Positions 16,254 through 30,246 of a stretch of DNA of 64,000 nucleotides are shown in pieces. The stretch comes from Octopus vulgaris (Eukaryota). The notes under the pieces are model-generated. The model ran no database searches, had not been told where the DNA came from, and saw only the letters and a list, made by a program, of their open reading frames with translations. Where the stretch lies: contig OX597823.1 in NCBI GenBank assembly GCA_951406725.2, forward strand, positions 111,724,001 to 111,788,000, read 5' to 3'. Numbering within the stretch: the first letter of the stretch is position 1; the number at the start of each line of letters is the position of its first letter. Both the position numbers and the translations under genes were made by a program.

Positions 16254-16402
16254 TATTGTTATATTTTGGAATGGTCATTTTGCCAGTTTAGCCAATAAAA
16301 ACACACACACTATATATATGAAGCAAAATAACACCAAATATATAGTGCGTGTGTTTTTATTGGCTAAACTGGCAAAATGACCATTCCAAAATATAACAAT
16401 AT
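16254..16402. repeat. Fold-back repeat (about 63-bp arms)
   Basis: ATATTGTTATATTTTGGAATGGTCATTTTGCCAGTTTAGCCAATAAA and its reverse complement; homologous to 28660-28708. Confidence 0.85.
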
Positions 16403-16966
16403 TATTATTATTATTCTTATTATTATTATTATTACTACCTTCACTGTGAGCTGTGCAACAATGGAGGGAATAATGTTCACACTTACGGTGATGATAGTGG
16501 TGCTCCCAATGTCAACATCGATTCTTTTAGATTTCTTGTTGGTGTTGCTGTTGTTGCTGCTGTTGTCTTTTCGAATTTTCTTGTTACCATCATGGCCACT
16601 TGTTGTGATGATGATGATGGTGTAAGAAGCAGTCTCACATTAGCTGACAGCCGTTAACAGTGAAAATGCAGCATCAAAGTTGCTGTTTCAACAACTGTTT
16701 CCCTCCGTTCACTCTCCTGTCAAAAATTCCAACACCATCTTTTGAAATTCAAATAACAAAAAAAAAAGAAAAAAACTGTTCAGATTTTAAAATATACCAA
16801 ATACTACCCCAGATGGAATGTATAGTGGAACAACAAATTTTCTCACCTTTAGTAACAAGTCAGTACAAATATTTCAACAAAATAGTCTCTCAAACCAATA
16901 ATACAAGCAACAAAACATGATATATAATATGTTTTATTAATATGAAAACAAATAGAATATCAATTA

Positions 16967-17213
16967 TTCTTTTATTCTTTTATTCTTTTATTTGTTTCAG
17001 CCATTTGACTGCAGCTATGCTGGGGCACCACCTTTAGTCAAGTAAATCAACCCCAGGACTTATTCTTTGTAAGCCTAGAACTTGTTCTATCGGTCTGTCT
17101 TGATGAACCACTAAGTGACGGGGATGTAAACACACCAGCATCGGTTGTCAAGCGATGTTGGGGGGGACAAACACAGAACGCAAACATATACATGCATATA
17201 TATGTGTATATAT

Positions 17214-17249
<36 letters not shown>

Positions 17250-17522
17250 CATCGTTTAACGTCCGTTTTCCATGCTATCATGGTTTGGACGGTTCAACCG
17301 GGGTCTGGGAAGCCAGGAGGCTGCACCAGGCTATATATATATATATATATACACGTGAGGTTTCTTTCAGTTTCCATCTACCAAATTCACTCACAAGGCT
17401 TTAGTCGGCCTGAGGCTATAGTAGAAGACACTTGCCCAATGTGCTACACAGTGGGATGGGACTGAACCCGGAACCATGTGGCTGGTAAGCAAGCTACTTA
17501 CCACACACCCACTCCTGCACCT
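16967..17522 (-). mobile_element. SINE family A with an RTE 3' end (17248-17331) nested in its TA tract
   Basis: Similarity to other copies. Confidence 0.85.
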
Positions 17523-17529
17523 ATAATTA

Positions 17530-17765
17530 TATTTATTTCCTTATTGCCCACAGGGTGCTAAACAGAGAGTGGACAAACAAGGATAGACAAAGGGATTAAG
17601 TCGATTACATTGAGCCCAGTGTATAACTGGTACTTATTTAATCGACCCCGAAAGGATGAAAGGCAAAGTCAACCTCGGCAGAATTTGAACCTAGAATGTA
17701 ACAGCAGATGAAATATCACTAAGCATTTCACCCGGTGTGCTAACAATTCTGCCAGCTAGCCACCC
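17530..17765 (-). mobile_element. SINE family B (alternative tail)
   Basis: Reverse complement of the 50051-50282 type. Confidence 0.8.
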
Positions 17766-18371
17766 TAATAATAATATAATATTATTAATCCTTTCTACTG
17801 TGGGCACAAGGCCTGAAATTGGGGGCAAGGGCTAGTCAATTACTGGAGAAGGGATACACAAAATGTATATAGCAGCCACAGAGTGTTTTTTAAAGCAACC
17901 CATAACAAAGCCTAAATGACCTAAACACATCAATGGCAGGTTTTGGTCCTTACATACAAAATCAAGTTTTGAGTAGTTCAGTCTAAACACACTGCTTTTG
18001 CCAACCTAATCCATCTTCCATAAATTGGAAAGCTTCCTTTAGTTTCCTCTTTGGGGGCCACTTGAAAGTTTTGAGGACTTAATCTAGACAGTAAAGGTTG
18101 TCCTCAAACCTTTCACTAAGTCCAGCAGGCAATTAAATACTATCTGGTATCCATTGTAAAAAAGGTAAGAGATTGCAATCTTTCCAATTGACTTGGCAGA
18201 CAGCTGAATCAGTCTCACATATAATAGCAGCTGTTAGTGATAAGTCCCAACTGCAATGTACAGATGGTTTCATTACCTTGACATATATCAGGCATTAAGT
18301 TGCCGGAAGATGCAATACATCCATATTTATCTTAAAAAGCAATGTCCCACATAGCATTAATAGACAAAGTA

Positions 18372-18763
18372 CTAGCAGTATAGCCCGGCGTTGCTCAGGT
18401 TTGTTTCGACCCTTTAGAATTGGAATTTTTGAAAAGTAAAAGTTTTGCATTATGTAGCTTTTTATTCTCTTTAAGTGAACATTTTTCTAGCTGAAATACA
18501 CTGACAAATGGCGACACAGCAGTAAAAATATCGGAAAAAATAGGGATTTTCATAGAAAAAAAGCACCTTTTTGATGTAAATAATTTTTGGTATTAACATG
18601 GTATGATTTGAATTTTTTCTTCTACAGTAGAAAGAGCAAGCCTTTTTCTATCATACTCTCAATTTTGGTCAACTTGTGCTGCAAGGTCTCGGAGGAGATA
18701 GTGTTAGTTGAAGGCTACCAAACCTGCCATACACAGACAACTTCAGCTTTATATATATAGAGA
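18372..18763 (-). mobile_element. Non-autonomous Helitron, copy 2
   Basis: A|TC 5' end, GAGCAACGCCGGG hairpin region and CTAG|T 3' end; co-linear with 3575-3972. Confidence 0.85.
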
Positions 18764-19346
18764 TTCATCATAATCAACGTGAATACCCCATCAGTTCATA
18801 GGACTTTTCTCAGGCCTGTGACATTCATGTTAATCTCTTATTCCTTCCATAGATCTGCCATTCCACTAACGGCATCGTCTAGCTGGTAGTATGAAGTAAG
18901 AAGCTGGCAACAAGCCAAATGAACCAACCTCACTCGGCAGTGAGGGACGAACTATGGAGAATACCTGTCTCACCATTTACCAACCATCATCATCATCATC
19001 ATCATCCAGGTATGTCAAAAGCCTTTGCATCTTCAACGTTTGCCTGCTCATCATCACCCTGATGTGGATGTTAGCAGCTGAAGGATTACTTTCGAAAGAG
19101 TGCAGTGTGTACTGTTTCAGTTCCTCTATTCAGCTGCCAAATTTAGCTTCTTTGTCAAGATGCCATTCCTGCTAAAAAGCATAACTCTGAGCTCATCAAA
19201 CTGATTTAAATGACTCAATAATTATGTCAAAGTTGCCACAACAGAAATGTTATGTCCCTGCCTTTTTTTATGGTGCATTTTACTATGGCCTGCTTGTTGC
19301 AAAAGCCAGCTGCACTCATTGTTAAAGACCAAACGTAGTTATAAAC

Positions 19347-19384
<38 letters not shown>

Positions 19385-19401
19385 TTAATAATATTAATAA
19401 T

Positions 19402-19470
<69 letters not shown>

Positions 19471-19471
<1 letters not shown>

Positions 19472-21306
19472 GTACGGGTATAAAATGTTTGATAAAAATA
19501 TAAATCATCTCGTTTACATGGATGATTTAAAGCTTTTTGCAAAAAATGATCAACAACTCAAGGGCTTACTAGCGATAGTCAAACAATTCAGTGACGACAT
19601 CAGAATGCAATTCGGCCTCGATAAATGTGCAAAGGCTACCTTTATCAAAGAAAAATGACAGAAACATCTAACGTTAACCTTGACCAACAGAATGTCATAA
19701 AAGAACTAGACCCAGCGGAGAGCTACAAGTACCTAGGGATAATTGAAGGGAACGGAATAAGGCATTCAGAGATGAAGGAAAGGATCAGGAGAGAATGCTA
19801 TCGAAGAGTGAGAGCAATACTCAAGACAGAGCTGAATGCAAGAAACAGGATCGAAGCAATCAATGCATTAGCTATACCAGTCGTGACTTACAGTTTCAAT
19901 ATTGTTAACTGGTCAATTACTGAAATATGTCAGCTCGACAGAAAAATAAGGAAACTGTTGACAATGCATAGAATGCACCACCCTAAGGCAGATACAGAAC
20001 GACTCTATCTGCCAAGAAAAGAGGGAGGCCGTGGTCTTTTGCAACTGGCAATAACAATGAAGATTGCTACAATTGGCCTAGACACCTACCTGAAAAACTC
20101 TGAGGACTGGATGTTAAAACTTGTCTCAAAACATGAAAACAAGAAAGCATCATACTCAGTCACAAAACAGGCAAAGGAATATCTAAGTGAATTCCGAATA
20201 CAACCAATTTCGGAATTAGAGATAGATATACAAGAAACAAGCACAGAAAAAGCTAGGCGCATGAAAACCCGTGCCAAAACTGCGGCCTTAGATATTCTGA
20301 ATAATAAATGGCAAGAAAAACCTCTCTATGGCAAATACCCAAAGAGAGCGAATAATGCAGATATCGACAAAGCCCTGACCCATCAATGGCTAATGGCCTC
20401 TGGCTTAAAATCTGAAACAGAGGGGTTTATCATAGCAGCTCAAGATCAATGCCTACCAACAAGAAACTACCAGGCCAACATATTAAAGATCAGAAGCAGT
20501 CCAACGTGTCGTGTATGCAAGCAACAAAATGAAACCATTGACCATGTGGTCTCCAAGTGCAGTCTTCTAGCGCCTACAGAGTATCTCAACAGGCACGATA
20601 GAGCTGCACAATATATTCACTGGGTAATCTGTAAAAACCTGGACTTGCCCCATGAAAAAAAACTGGTGGGAACACAAACCACCTCCAGTGCTTGAAAATG
20701 ACCACATCTCACTCCTCTGGAACTTCCCCATTCAAACTGACAGGAAGATAGATGCAAATAGGCCAGACATCATATTGAAAAACTTCAAACAAAGAACATG
20801 CCTCCTCATTGATATGACTGTCCCAATCGATATAAACGTATCTGTCAAGACCTACCAAAAACTGAGCAAATATAAAGATCTTGAAATAGAAATCAGCAAA
20901 ATGTGGAAGCTGAAGACTAAAACAATACCTGTTGTCATAGGTGCCCTGGGAATGATAGCAAAAGGGGCTGATAGCTACCTAACTCAGATACCAGGAAACC
21001 CAAAAATGGCAGAAGTTCAAAAGATAGTGCTCATGGGAACTGCTCATATCCTACGCAAAATACTCTCTATGTAATCTCAAGGTTTAAAACAAACATAATT
21101 TTCGGTTTAAAAAAAAAAAAAAAAAAAAAAAACAAACTTTTTTTTTTTTTTTTTTTAGACATTCATTAGTACAACATCCCCACCCCCCAAATATATGGCA
21201 CACTAGGCATAACAACAACATGAACTTCCAACCCTGTTGTCTCTTGAGGTCTCTGGGTGAGACTTGGAGCCAACTTGTACAATTATAAAGCAAAAGTCAA
21301 ACATAG
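19471..21306 (+). mobile_element. 5'-truncated R4/Dong-clade non-LTR retrotransposon inserted in (TAA)n
   Basis: RT (INHLVYMDDLKLFAK, YKYLG, LYLPRKEGGRGL), CCHC finger (CRVC...HVVSKC...RHD), endonuclease (RPDIIL...LIDMTVP...KLSKYKDL), 3' UTR; TAA tracts on both sides. Confidence 0.93.
19475..21074 (+). pseudogene. RT - zinc finger - restriction-like endonuclease reading frame with two frameshifts
   Basis: ORFs 19625-20695 and 20652-21074 plus an upstream YMDD frame; shifts fall in A-runs near 19650 and 20655. Confidence 0.88.
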
Positions 21307-22949
21307 AATAATAATAATAATAATAATAATAATATATATCCTAAGCATGTCTAGGCAGGTTCAAATGCAAAATATACAAGGTGCTGTAGTGTACATCTTA
21401 GTGGAATAACTTCACCCTTTTCCTACAATAGTCTCATTGGTGCATAGCATTCTGGGACTAGATTCATTGGAAGTGCTTCTTCATACATTTCTTTCTTTTT
21501 ATCAGCATGCATCTGGCTGTAGCAGAGGAGTTCTTTGTCTGAAATTCTGTGAATTTGTATACATCGTCCAACATTAGAGTTGATAACCATTATTAATTGC
21601 TGAACTGTTCAAATAATCAAAAGGTGTCAAATTCTTTCATGGTCATTTCTCTCTTTTGTTACTCTTTTACTCTTTTACTTGTTTCAGCCATTTGACTGCG
21701 GCCATGCTGGAGCACCGCCTTTGTTCATTTTCCGCAACTTATTCATTGTCAACATTTTCGTTTCAAGCTGTTGATCCAAATAATAAAGTTGTGACCAGTA
21801 AATTATTCCGAAAGTGTTTCAAGTAAATTACAAATATTGTGAATTTCTGTTCAAGGTTTGGATCTTTCAAACAAACCAGAATTGGAACCAAATGTTTCGT
21901 CAATTTCTGTTAATATCTTATTTTCTTTCATCAAGTTTTCTTTAAATGTAAAGACGATTAAAGCATTCATTTCAATAATTATAATTAGTTAAATGAATTC
22001 ATTTGCAGTTGCAAACTTCCATCCCACAAAGGCAAAAGACGTTCCATTTCAGTTTTGGCACTGATTTTATTCTGTATTATTTCAAAAGTCGATTCTGCTT
22101 TATCTTTTTCCTTATAATTATCCATGTTTCATACAATTGTTCGCTACCACAAGCAACTGCAAGAAACGTAACATTACCTTATTTCTTCCCAATTCTCTCC
22201 TTTCTGCTTTGCTTTCAACCACATTCATTTATTTTCTTAGCTTTCAATTTATCCTGTTAACACTTTTCCTCTTCACAACACAAGAAATTTTCCCGTCAAT
22301 CTATCTTTATCCGTTGCTATAGGAGCTAGGGGTCAGTTTTCATTTTAACTTTGCCAAGATAACACGAGAAGACACAATTCAAACAGCAGCTCCTTGTCAT
22401 ATGCAAGCAATCGAAATAATAACGACCTCATATTTTAACACAAGACCATTAGTTTTTAGTGGGAAGGGTGAGTCAATTAGATCAACCCTATAGTTGACTG
22501 GTATTTTATTTTATTGACCCTGAAAAGATGAAAGGCACAGTAAAACCAGTAGAAATTTGCTATGCATTTTTGTCCCTGAAACTGACGATTCCGCTAGCCT
22601 GTCACAGTGTTTTAGCTGGGGAGGTAATAAGGTCACTCTTGGTTTATTATGGAATGTACCCAACTCACGTGATAGTTCAAACAGCCAATCATTAAAGATT
22701 AACGTGTTTAAGGCTGTTGTTGACTAAAACTGTCACAACAGAAATGGGCTGCACTACAGTGTTTTTTTTATTAACCACCTAGGACTTACAAGATCGAAGA
22801 TGGTACAGAGCAATACAATGTAATATAAGTTTCATAAAAGTGTGTAAACTTTAAAATAGCAGCATCAAAAATTTGAATGAGGACTAATTCGCAAAATGGG
22901 GCTAGGGGAACCTGGAAAGACTGCTTGTGGAAACATCACAAAACTACAG

Positions 22950-23390
22950 TTGCCTTGGTCTATCTACATAAGATCTGGATGACTCGATATAGTTTGTCCA
23001 TCTCGACATTGGTGAATCTGAGAAATCCAGTTGGTACCTGTCAGATAGTTGGAAAAACTCTGTGAGGCTTTTGCACTCAGTTCTTCTATCAGCTATCTCC
23101 ACACAATCTCTGTGTAGATCCATGATGGGTTCGGATCACCCTGAAGTGATCAGGCACCTCAAGAAATCTGGCAGTCCCATCCCTGTTGAGATATAGATGG
23201 TATTTAGTCTGAAGGCATGGCCCATGGTACTGGTCATGCCCAGAAACACTGAAGTACCTTTTGGATCCACAAATATTCCCACATCACACGATGCAGCTGT
23301 TTTCAAAGCAACACAGGTGCTAGGGTCACTGGTTATAGAGTTGTGATCACGTACATTCACACTGCTTATTTTGAGTGGGTTCATGTTTGA
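22950..23390 (-). pseudogene. L1/Tx1-like ORF2 start (AP endonuclease remnant)
   Basis: MNPLKISSVNVR...VDPKGTSVFLGMT...AFRLNTIY...FQLSDRYQLD...RWTNYIESSRSYVDR. Confidence 0.65.
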
Positions 23391-23599
23391 TTGTCAGTTT
23401 TTGTGTCTCCTCTTATCCGTTCCTTTTTAATCTGATGCAATGCTTTTCATTTTCCAACCATCTTCCCCACTCCCCTTCACAAATACTCATTCTGGTGGTT
23501 CATTCAAGCTGCCAACCCCATGAGGCAAGCCTCTACAGTCAGCACAATCTGTGGCAGGGGGAGTGGTATATTTGTGCAGACTGGACGTCTGGCTGATTC

Positions 23600-24105
23600 T
23601 TCTTACAGCATTCACCTGGGGTGGGTTGAGCTGGCTTCATTTATCCTCAATGCTGCATCTCTCACAAACGCCGACCAGGCCTGGCCATTTGAGGCAAATG
23701 ACCACGTGATCTCCAACCACTCCTTATTTCAGCAGCGAACGCCATGGATATGGGGGCCTAGGTTGGGTTCCAGATCAGCCTTGACCGTCATCAGCCAGGT
23801 TTTTCATTGTCCACCACATCGCTTTCGCCAACCCTGAAGGGGAGCTGGGGCAATTGCTTCGTAGATGAATTCTCCTGGTTGACGACGGAGGGCATGACCC
23901 AGCCAACGCAGACGTCTCATCAGGATGACTTGTCAGAGGGAGGTGATTCTGCACTGGTGTCACACCGAATTGTTGGAGACAAAGTGATGCCATCAGACAC
24001 AAAGGATGCGGCATAGACAGAGGTGATCGAAGGAGTCTAGTCGCTTAATATCTTCCACCCTCATTGGCCATGACTCGCTGCCATAAAGGAGAATCGTTCA
24101 CACTA
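23600..24105 (-). mobile_element. RTE-clade LINE 3' fragment nested in the L1/Tx1 remnant
   Basis: One frame reads ILLYGSESWPMRVEDIKRLDSFDHLCLCRIL...RRLRWLGHALRR...GWRKRCGGQ*KTW with TGA stops. Confidence 0.85.
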
Positions 24106-24109
24106 GTGC

Positions 24110-24700
24110 TTGGTAGATTTGTACTTTGGTGGTGCATGGATCTCGGATCTTGACCAGAGTCATGCACTGAGTCAGTTGAAGTCTGAGTCTGGCTGATTGG
24201 TGGTGTTTGTGATACTTTTCTCTTGTTTGTGGCATTGATGCTTGCTTCTATTGTTTCTTTCGGTGTCACTATTGCTGCTTTTGATGACATTGCACTTGAT
24301 GCTGCAACTATTGATGCGGTTTTTGTTGATGTTGCTGCTGTTTTTCTTTTTGATGTGGTGAAGGCATCAGCAAAATGGATCAAAACAGGGATGGCCTCCA
24401 TACTTCGTTGATCTGTCTGAATTAACAGTTCCATCCTTCTGCTCAACCTACTTTCCTTTCTCAGTCTCTGAACTCGTAGAATACTTGATTTGCTTTCTAC
24501 TATGGCTGCCACGAGCAAGGTGATATCTCCTTCTGACAGAATTCTTAGCTACCTTTATTCGTTGGAATCAGAAGCAGTTCATCATTCTTCGGTGTTGCAA
24601 TCGAATTTTTCTTCACCACTTCTTTGTTTGAAAACGTCACTTCATCTGTGCCCAAGCATCTTCCTCAAGTGACACAGATTATGTACTAGACTGGTTTACA
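24110..24700 (-). pseudogene. Probable L1/Tx1-like ORF1 remnant
   Basis: Lies upstream of the endonuclease remnant; LVAAIVES...MELLIQTD...AIP; weak. Confidence 0.3.
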
Positions 24701-25424
24701 GTTCTTTCAATCGGGGCCTGCATCAACAGCTCAAGTCACCTTATTTTGAGCAAAATACAAAGTTATATGTCATAGGTTTTCTTGACTGTGGTCCTCTTGA
24801 ATTTGTTGTTGTGTATTTAAGCATATTGCTCTTCCATTCTTGATGAGATGCGTTTTTGCATTTCTTAGATCTAAGAAAAGAAAACTGCTTCTAGTTTTCT
24901 GCAAATATTTGTGAAACTGTTTCCATTTTATTTACAAGTCTTACTGTTTACCATTTTCATTGTATTAATGTTTGTGCAGGTGGAGGTCGTGATCGTTTCA
25001 ATGTTCTCTTTGTTTTGTTTGCTACTCTTGTTGTTACCGAGGCAAGTATTTGCTGCAGTGGAAAGTGTAGTGATAGTTTTCCTTTCATGTTCTTTCGTTT
25101 TTGTTTTTCTTGTTTCCATTGCTTTGTTAATTATACATCTTCTGTAAACTGTAGCAAGTAGTGCTGGGAAACTATTTTCATAATAGCTCTTCAAAGAGTC
25201 ATCTCTTTCCTCGATCTGTGAAACCATATTATTTTTCTTTAAAAAAGATATGTAACTTTGCAAATGAAAACTTCAAAGTTTGCCTCGATGAGGCAAATAT
25301 TTTACTAAGCCAAACAGCATTGGGAAATGCTGGTTGACTTAGTAATAAAATGATATATAAGAAAAACCAAAATAGCATTCTTCAAAGTGATAAAATTCTA
25401 CAAGACAATGTCTTTTCCTTTGCA

Positions 25425-25830
25425 AACACAATCCCTTTGTAGAATGTGTGGCAGCAAAAACAAAACAATCTCATATACTGTGAGTGAGTGTAGCAAGCTG
25501 GCCCATAAGCACTACAAAAGGAGGCATGATAACGTGGCTAAGTGTTTTCACTGGAGACTGTGTGGAAAGTACTGTATGAACCAGAGGGCATCACTGAAAA
25601 CAGAGTATAAGATCTTGTGGGCTTTTACAATCCAGTGTGATTCTCTAATCGATGCTTGTGGACCAGACATTGTCATGGTAGATGAAAGAAACAAGGAAAC
25701 CAAGGTCCTAAATATTCCCATACTTGGGGAGGTACACATAGATGACAAAGAGCTGGAAAAGATGGAGAAATACAGACTACTAAAAGACGAAATTGTAAAA
25801 ATGTTGGCGATGAAGAGAACAATAATGCTA
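25425..25830 (+). pseudogene. R4-like zinc finger/endonuclease remnant
   Basis: CRMC...ECSKLAHKHYKRRHDNVAKCFHW...GPDIVMVD...ELEKMEKY. Confidence 0.8.
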
Positions 25831-26166
25831 TTATTTCAATGCAAATGAATGACTTCATTGAGAAAACTTTTCTGGAGAAAAACCTGTCTAAAAATATCAA
25901 GCATAAAAATGGTTATGATTTTTTGCAATTTCATATTAATTTTTATTAGTCTGTTTGTGTATTAGAATATGTACACATTAAAACATTGAAATAAAAAATT
26001 TAACTCATTACTGAAATTAATTTAATTAGAATATAGCTTTATTTTAAACTGAAAATTGTTCAAAACTATATGTTTTTGTAGCGGATATCTATTAATCCTT
26101 TGTCATTTTTAGATGCAAACAAAATTTATAGATTTGAACAAAATCTGTATTTTTTAGTATAAAGGT

Positions 26167-26321
26167 CATCATCATCATCATTGTTTAACGTCCGCTTCCC
26201 ATGCTAGCATGGGTTGGACGTATGACTGAGGGCTGGCAAACCAGATGGCTGCACCAGACTTCAATCTTGATCTGGCAGAGTTTCTACAGCTGAATGCTTT
26301 TCCTAACGCCAACCACTCCGT
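26167..26321 (-). mobile_element. RTE 3' terminal fragment
   Basis: Ends GGACGTTAAAC(A/G)ATGATGAT on minus strand; similar short copy at 49886-49984 (+). Confidence 0.8.
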
Positions 26322-26861
26322 AATATAAAGGTAAATATAATTAATTAAAACAGAAGCATTGCCTGGGAAAAAGTGGACTAGCATGAAAAATGCAGATGCA
26401 GAATCCAAGATATTCATAAGCATTGAACCTTGGAAAGTACAGAACAAACAGTAATTAACCCTGGAAGTATACATGAAAAAAAAAAAGAAAAAAAACTTAA
26501 AATATTACTACTGAAGTAAGAATTTGCTAAATTAATTTCTGAAATTGTTCATCAAATAGTGTGTGTACTGTTTCGTTTTATATGTATTTATTTGCTTTTT
26601 ATTGCGAAGTGTTTTCATTTAAGTTAATATATTTGATTTAAAAATTTATTTGTATAAAGCTAAAGCATTTCTGTCTTATTTTTAGCATCAAATTATTTTT
26701 TTAATTTCATTTTCTAAACAACCCATTATCCAAAAAATTTAAATCACAGATATTGTGTTATAAAAATAAACTCATGTAGAATATATATGATGCAGTTAAT
26801 ATTGATGGTGATAATGTGGATGTCAGGATTCAGTGTTGGTAGTGATGGTGGAGGTAATTAA

Positions 26862-27011
26862 CCCTTTCGTTATCAACCCGGCTGAAACCAGCTCTGGCTC
26901 TGAGTACAAATGTCTTGTTTCCATAAGTTTTGAATTTAGAACTTCCACCAAACCTTAGTCACAATTTATGTTCCTAACACTAACTGAATGATAACTAAGT
27001 TATTTTACTAA
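26862..27011. mobile_element. Partial copy of the TTAA MITE
   Basis: TTAA|CCCTTTCGTTA; reverse complement of about 11620-11769. Confidence 0.8.
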
Positions 27012-27980
27012 TCGACTGCCCTCACTCTTCAAAAATTTTGGGCCCTGTGCCTCAAGTAGAAAAGATTATTTGTAGCAGTGTTGTTGTTGCTGGTGATGGT
27101 AGTAGAGAGAATGGTAGCATGAATTGCACTGGTTACAGTAGTGATAATGGTGTTGTTGATGCTAATGTTGGCGATGGTGATGATGATGGTGTTGATGGTA
27201 GTGTTGATAATGATGGTGATGGTGGTGGTGGTGGTAGTAGTGATGGTGTTGATTATATTAGTGGAGATGGGGTTGGTGGCTGTCGTTGTTGTTGTTGTTG
27301 TTGTTAGTGGTGGTGGTGGTGGTGGCAATGACAACAGAAATAATGAAGGCATTTGTTGCAGTGAAATTGATAGTTATTATTAATCATACTTGATGGTGAA
27401 GAAGGAGGTGATGGTGATGATGATGATGATGATAATGATAATGTTGTTTCTGTTGTAGTGCTCCTTGTTGGTGATTTATTTGTTAGTGACTAGACTCTGT
27501 CAGTTTTTGATCGATGATGGCATGGATAGAACCAATAAAACATTTAATTAATTCATTTATAACATGTCTATATACTTTTTAACTTGAGTTATTGCACGTA
27601 GAGTATGGGGTATGTTTAATTTTTATTTTTTTGGTAATTTTTATATTGGCCAGACTATTAACCTCACCTTTTGTCTTCCTCGTTACACACTGCGATCAGT
27701 GGGTCTAAACTTCACCAGTCTTTGGATGCCCTGTTTTAATGTGTGCATGCACATACACACACATGTGAGCACACACATGCACACATGTGCACACACACAC
27801 ACTCTCACACATGCACACAGACACACACATAACCGGACAAGCTGCATAGATATGGTTCCAGCTCAGTGATTTAAATCTCAAAGTTAATGACTTCAACCGA
27901 GTGTGGGTAAACAGCAGAAGTAACCAAATTTATGTATGCACAGATATATATTAGTGTGTGTGTGTGTATACATATACATT

Positions 27981-28034
<54 letters not shown>

Positions 28035-28232
28035 AACAGATGAGTGTATTTTTTCTCTTGTTAACAATTAACACGGAAAAAATAGATAAATAGTTACCAG
28101 GGTAGCAATAAATCACACAAGTAAAAATGTTGTAACTCCTTGTTTTAAAGGTAGAAACTTCAGGTTTACATGGAATTTTTTGTATGATATATAAATAAAT
28201 ATATATATATATATATATATATACATACATAC

Positions 28233-29620
<1,388 letters not shown>

Positions 29621-29623
29621 GTG

Positions 29624-29717
<94 letters not shown>

Positions 29718-29723
29718 TTCATG

Positions 29724-29800
29724 GGCATATGGTGTAGGGGTTAAGAGAGCAGACTACTAACCCCAAGATTCTGTGTTTGATTCCAGGCAGTGACCTGAAT
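29724..29800 (+). mobile_element. Short tRNA-like SINE head (family D)
   Basis: TGGTGTAGGGG A-box-like and GTTTGATTCC B-box-like motifs. Confidence 0.45.
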
Positions 29801-29841
29801 AATAATTTCGAACCTGGGTTCTCATTCCTAAGGTATATTTC

Positions 29842-30227
29842 AGGCGCAGGAGTGGCTGTGTGGTAAGTAGCTTGCTTACTATCCACATGACTCCAGGTTC
29901 ATTCCCACTGCGTGGTACCTTGGGCAAGTGTCTTCTACTATAGCCTCGAGCTGACCAAAGCATTGTGAGTGGATTTGGTAGACGGAAACTGAAAGAAGCC
30001 TGTCGTATATATGTATATATATATGCATGTGCGTATATGTTTGTGTGTCTGTGTTTGTCACCCCCCAACATCACTTGACAACCAATGCTGGTGTGTTTAC
30101 GTCCCTGTAACTTAGTGGTTCAGCAAAAGAAGCCGATAGAATAAGTACTGGGGTCGATTTGCTCGACTAAAGGTGGTGCTCCAGCATGGCTGCAGTCAAA
30201 TGTCTAAAACAAGTAAAAGAGAGTAAA
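29842..30227 (+). mobile_element. SINE family A
   Basis: Head to tail. Confidence 0.88.
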
Positions 30228-30246
30228 TATAAGTCAACATCATAAT

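Noticed and set aside
17880-18360. Possible R2/NeSL-like zinc-finger remnant (ESVSHII)
   Set aside because: Too degraded to support a call
23840-23900. HLRSNCP as a gag zinc knuckle in ORF 23775-24014
   Set aside because: The alternative frame gives clear RTE RT C-terminal motifs, so this ORF is a shadow frame
24928-25263. 111-aa minus-strand ORF as a host exon
   Set aside because: Low complexity, no recognisable domain or clear splice signals
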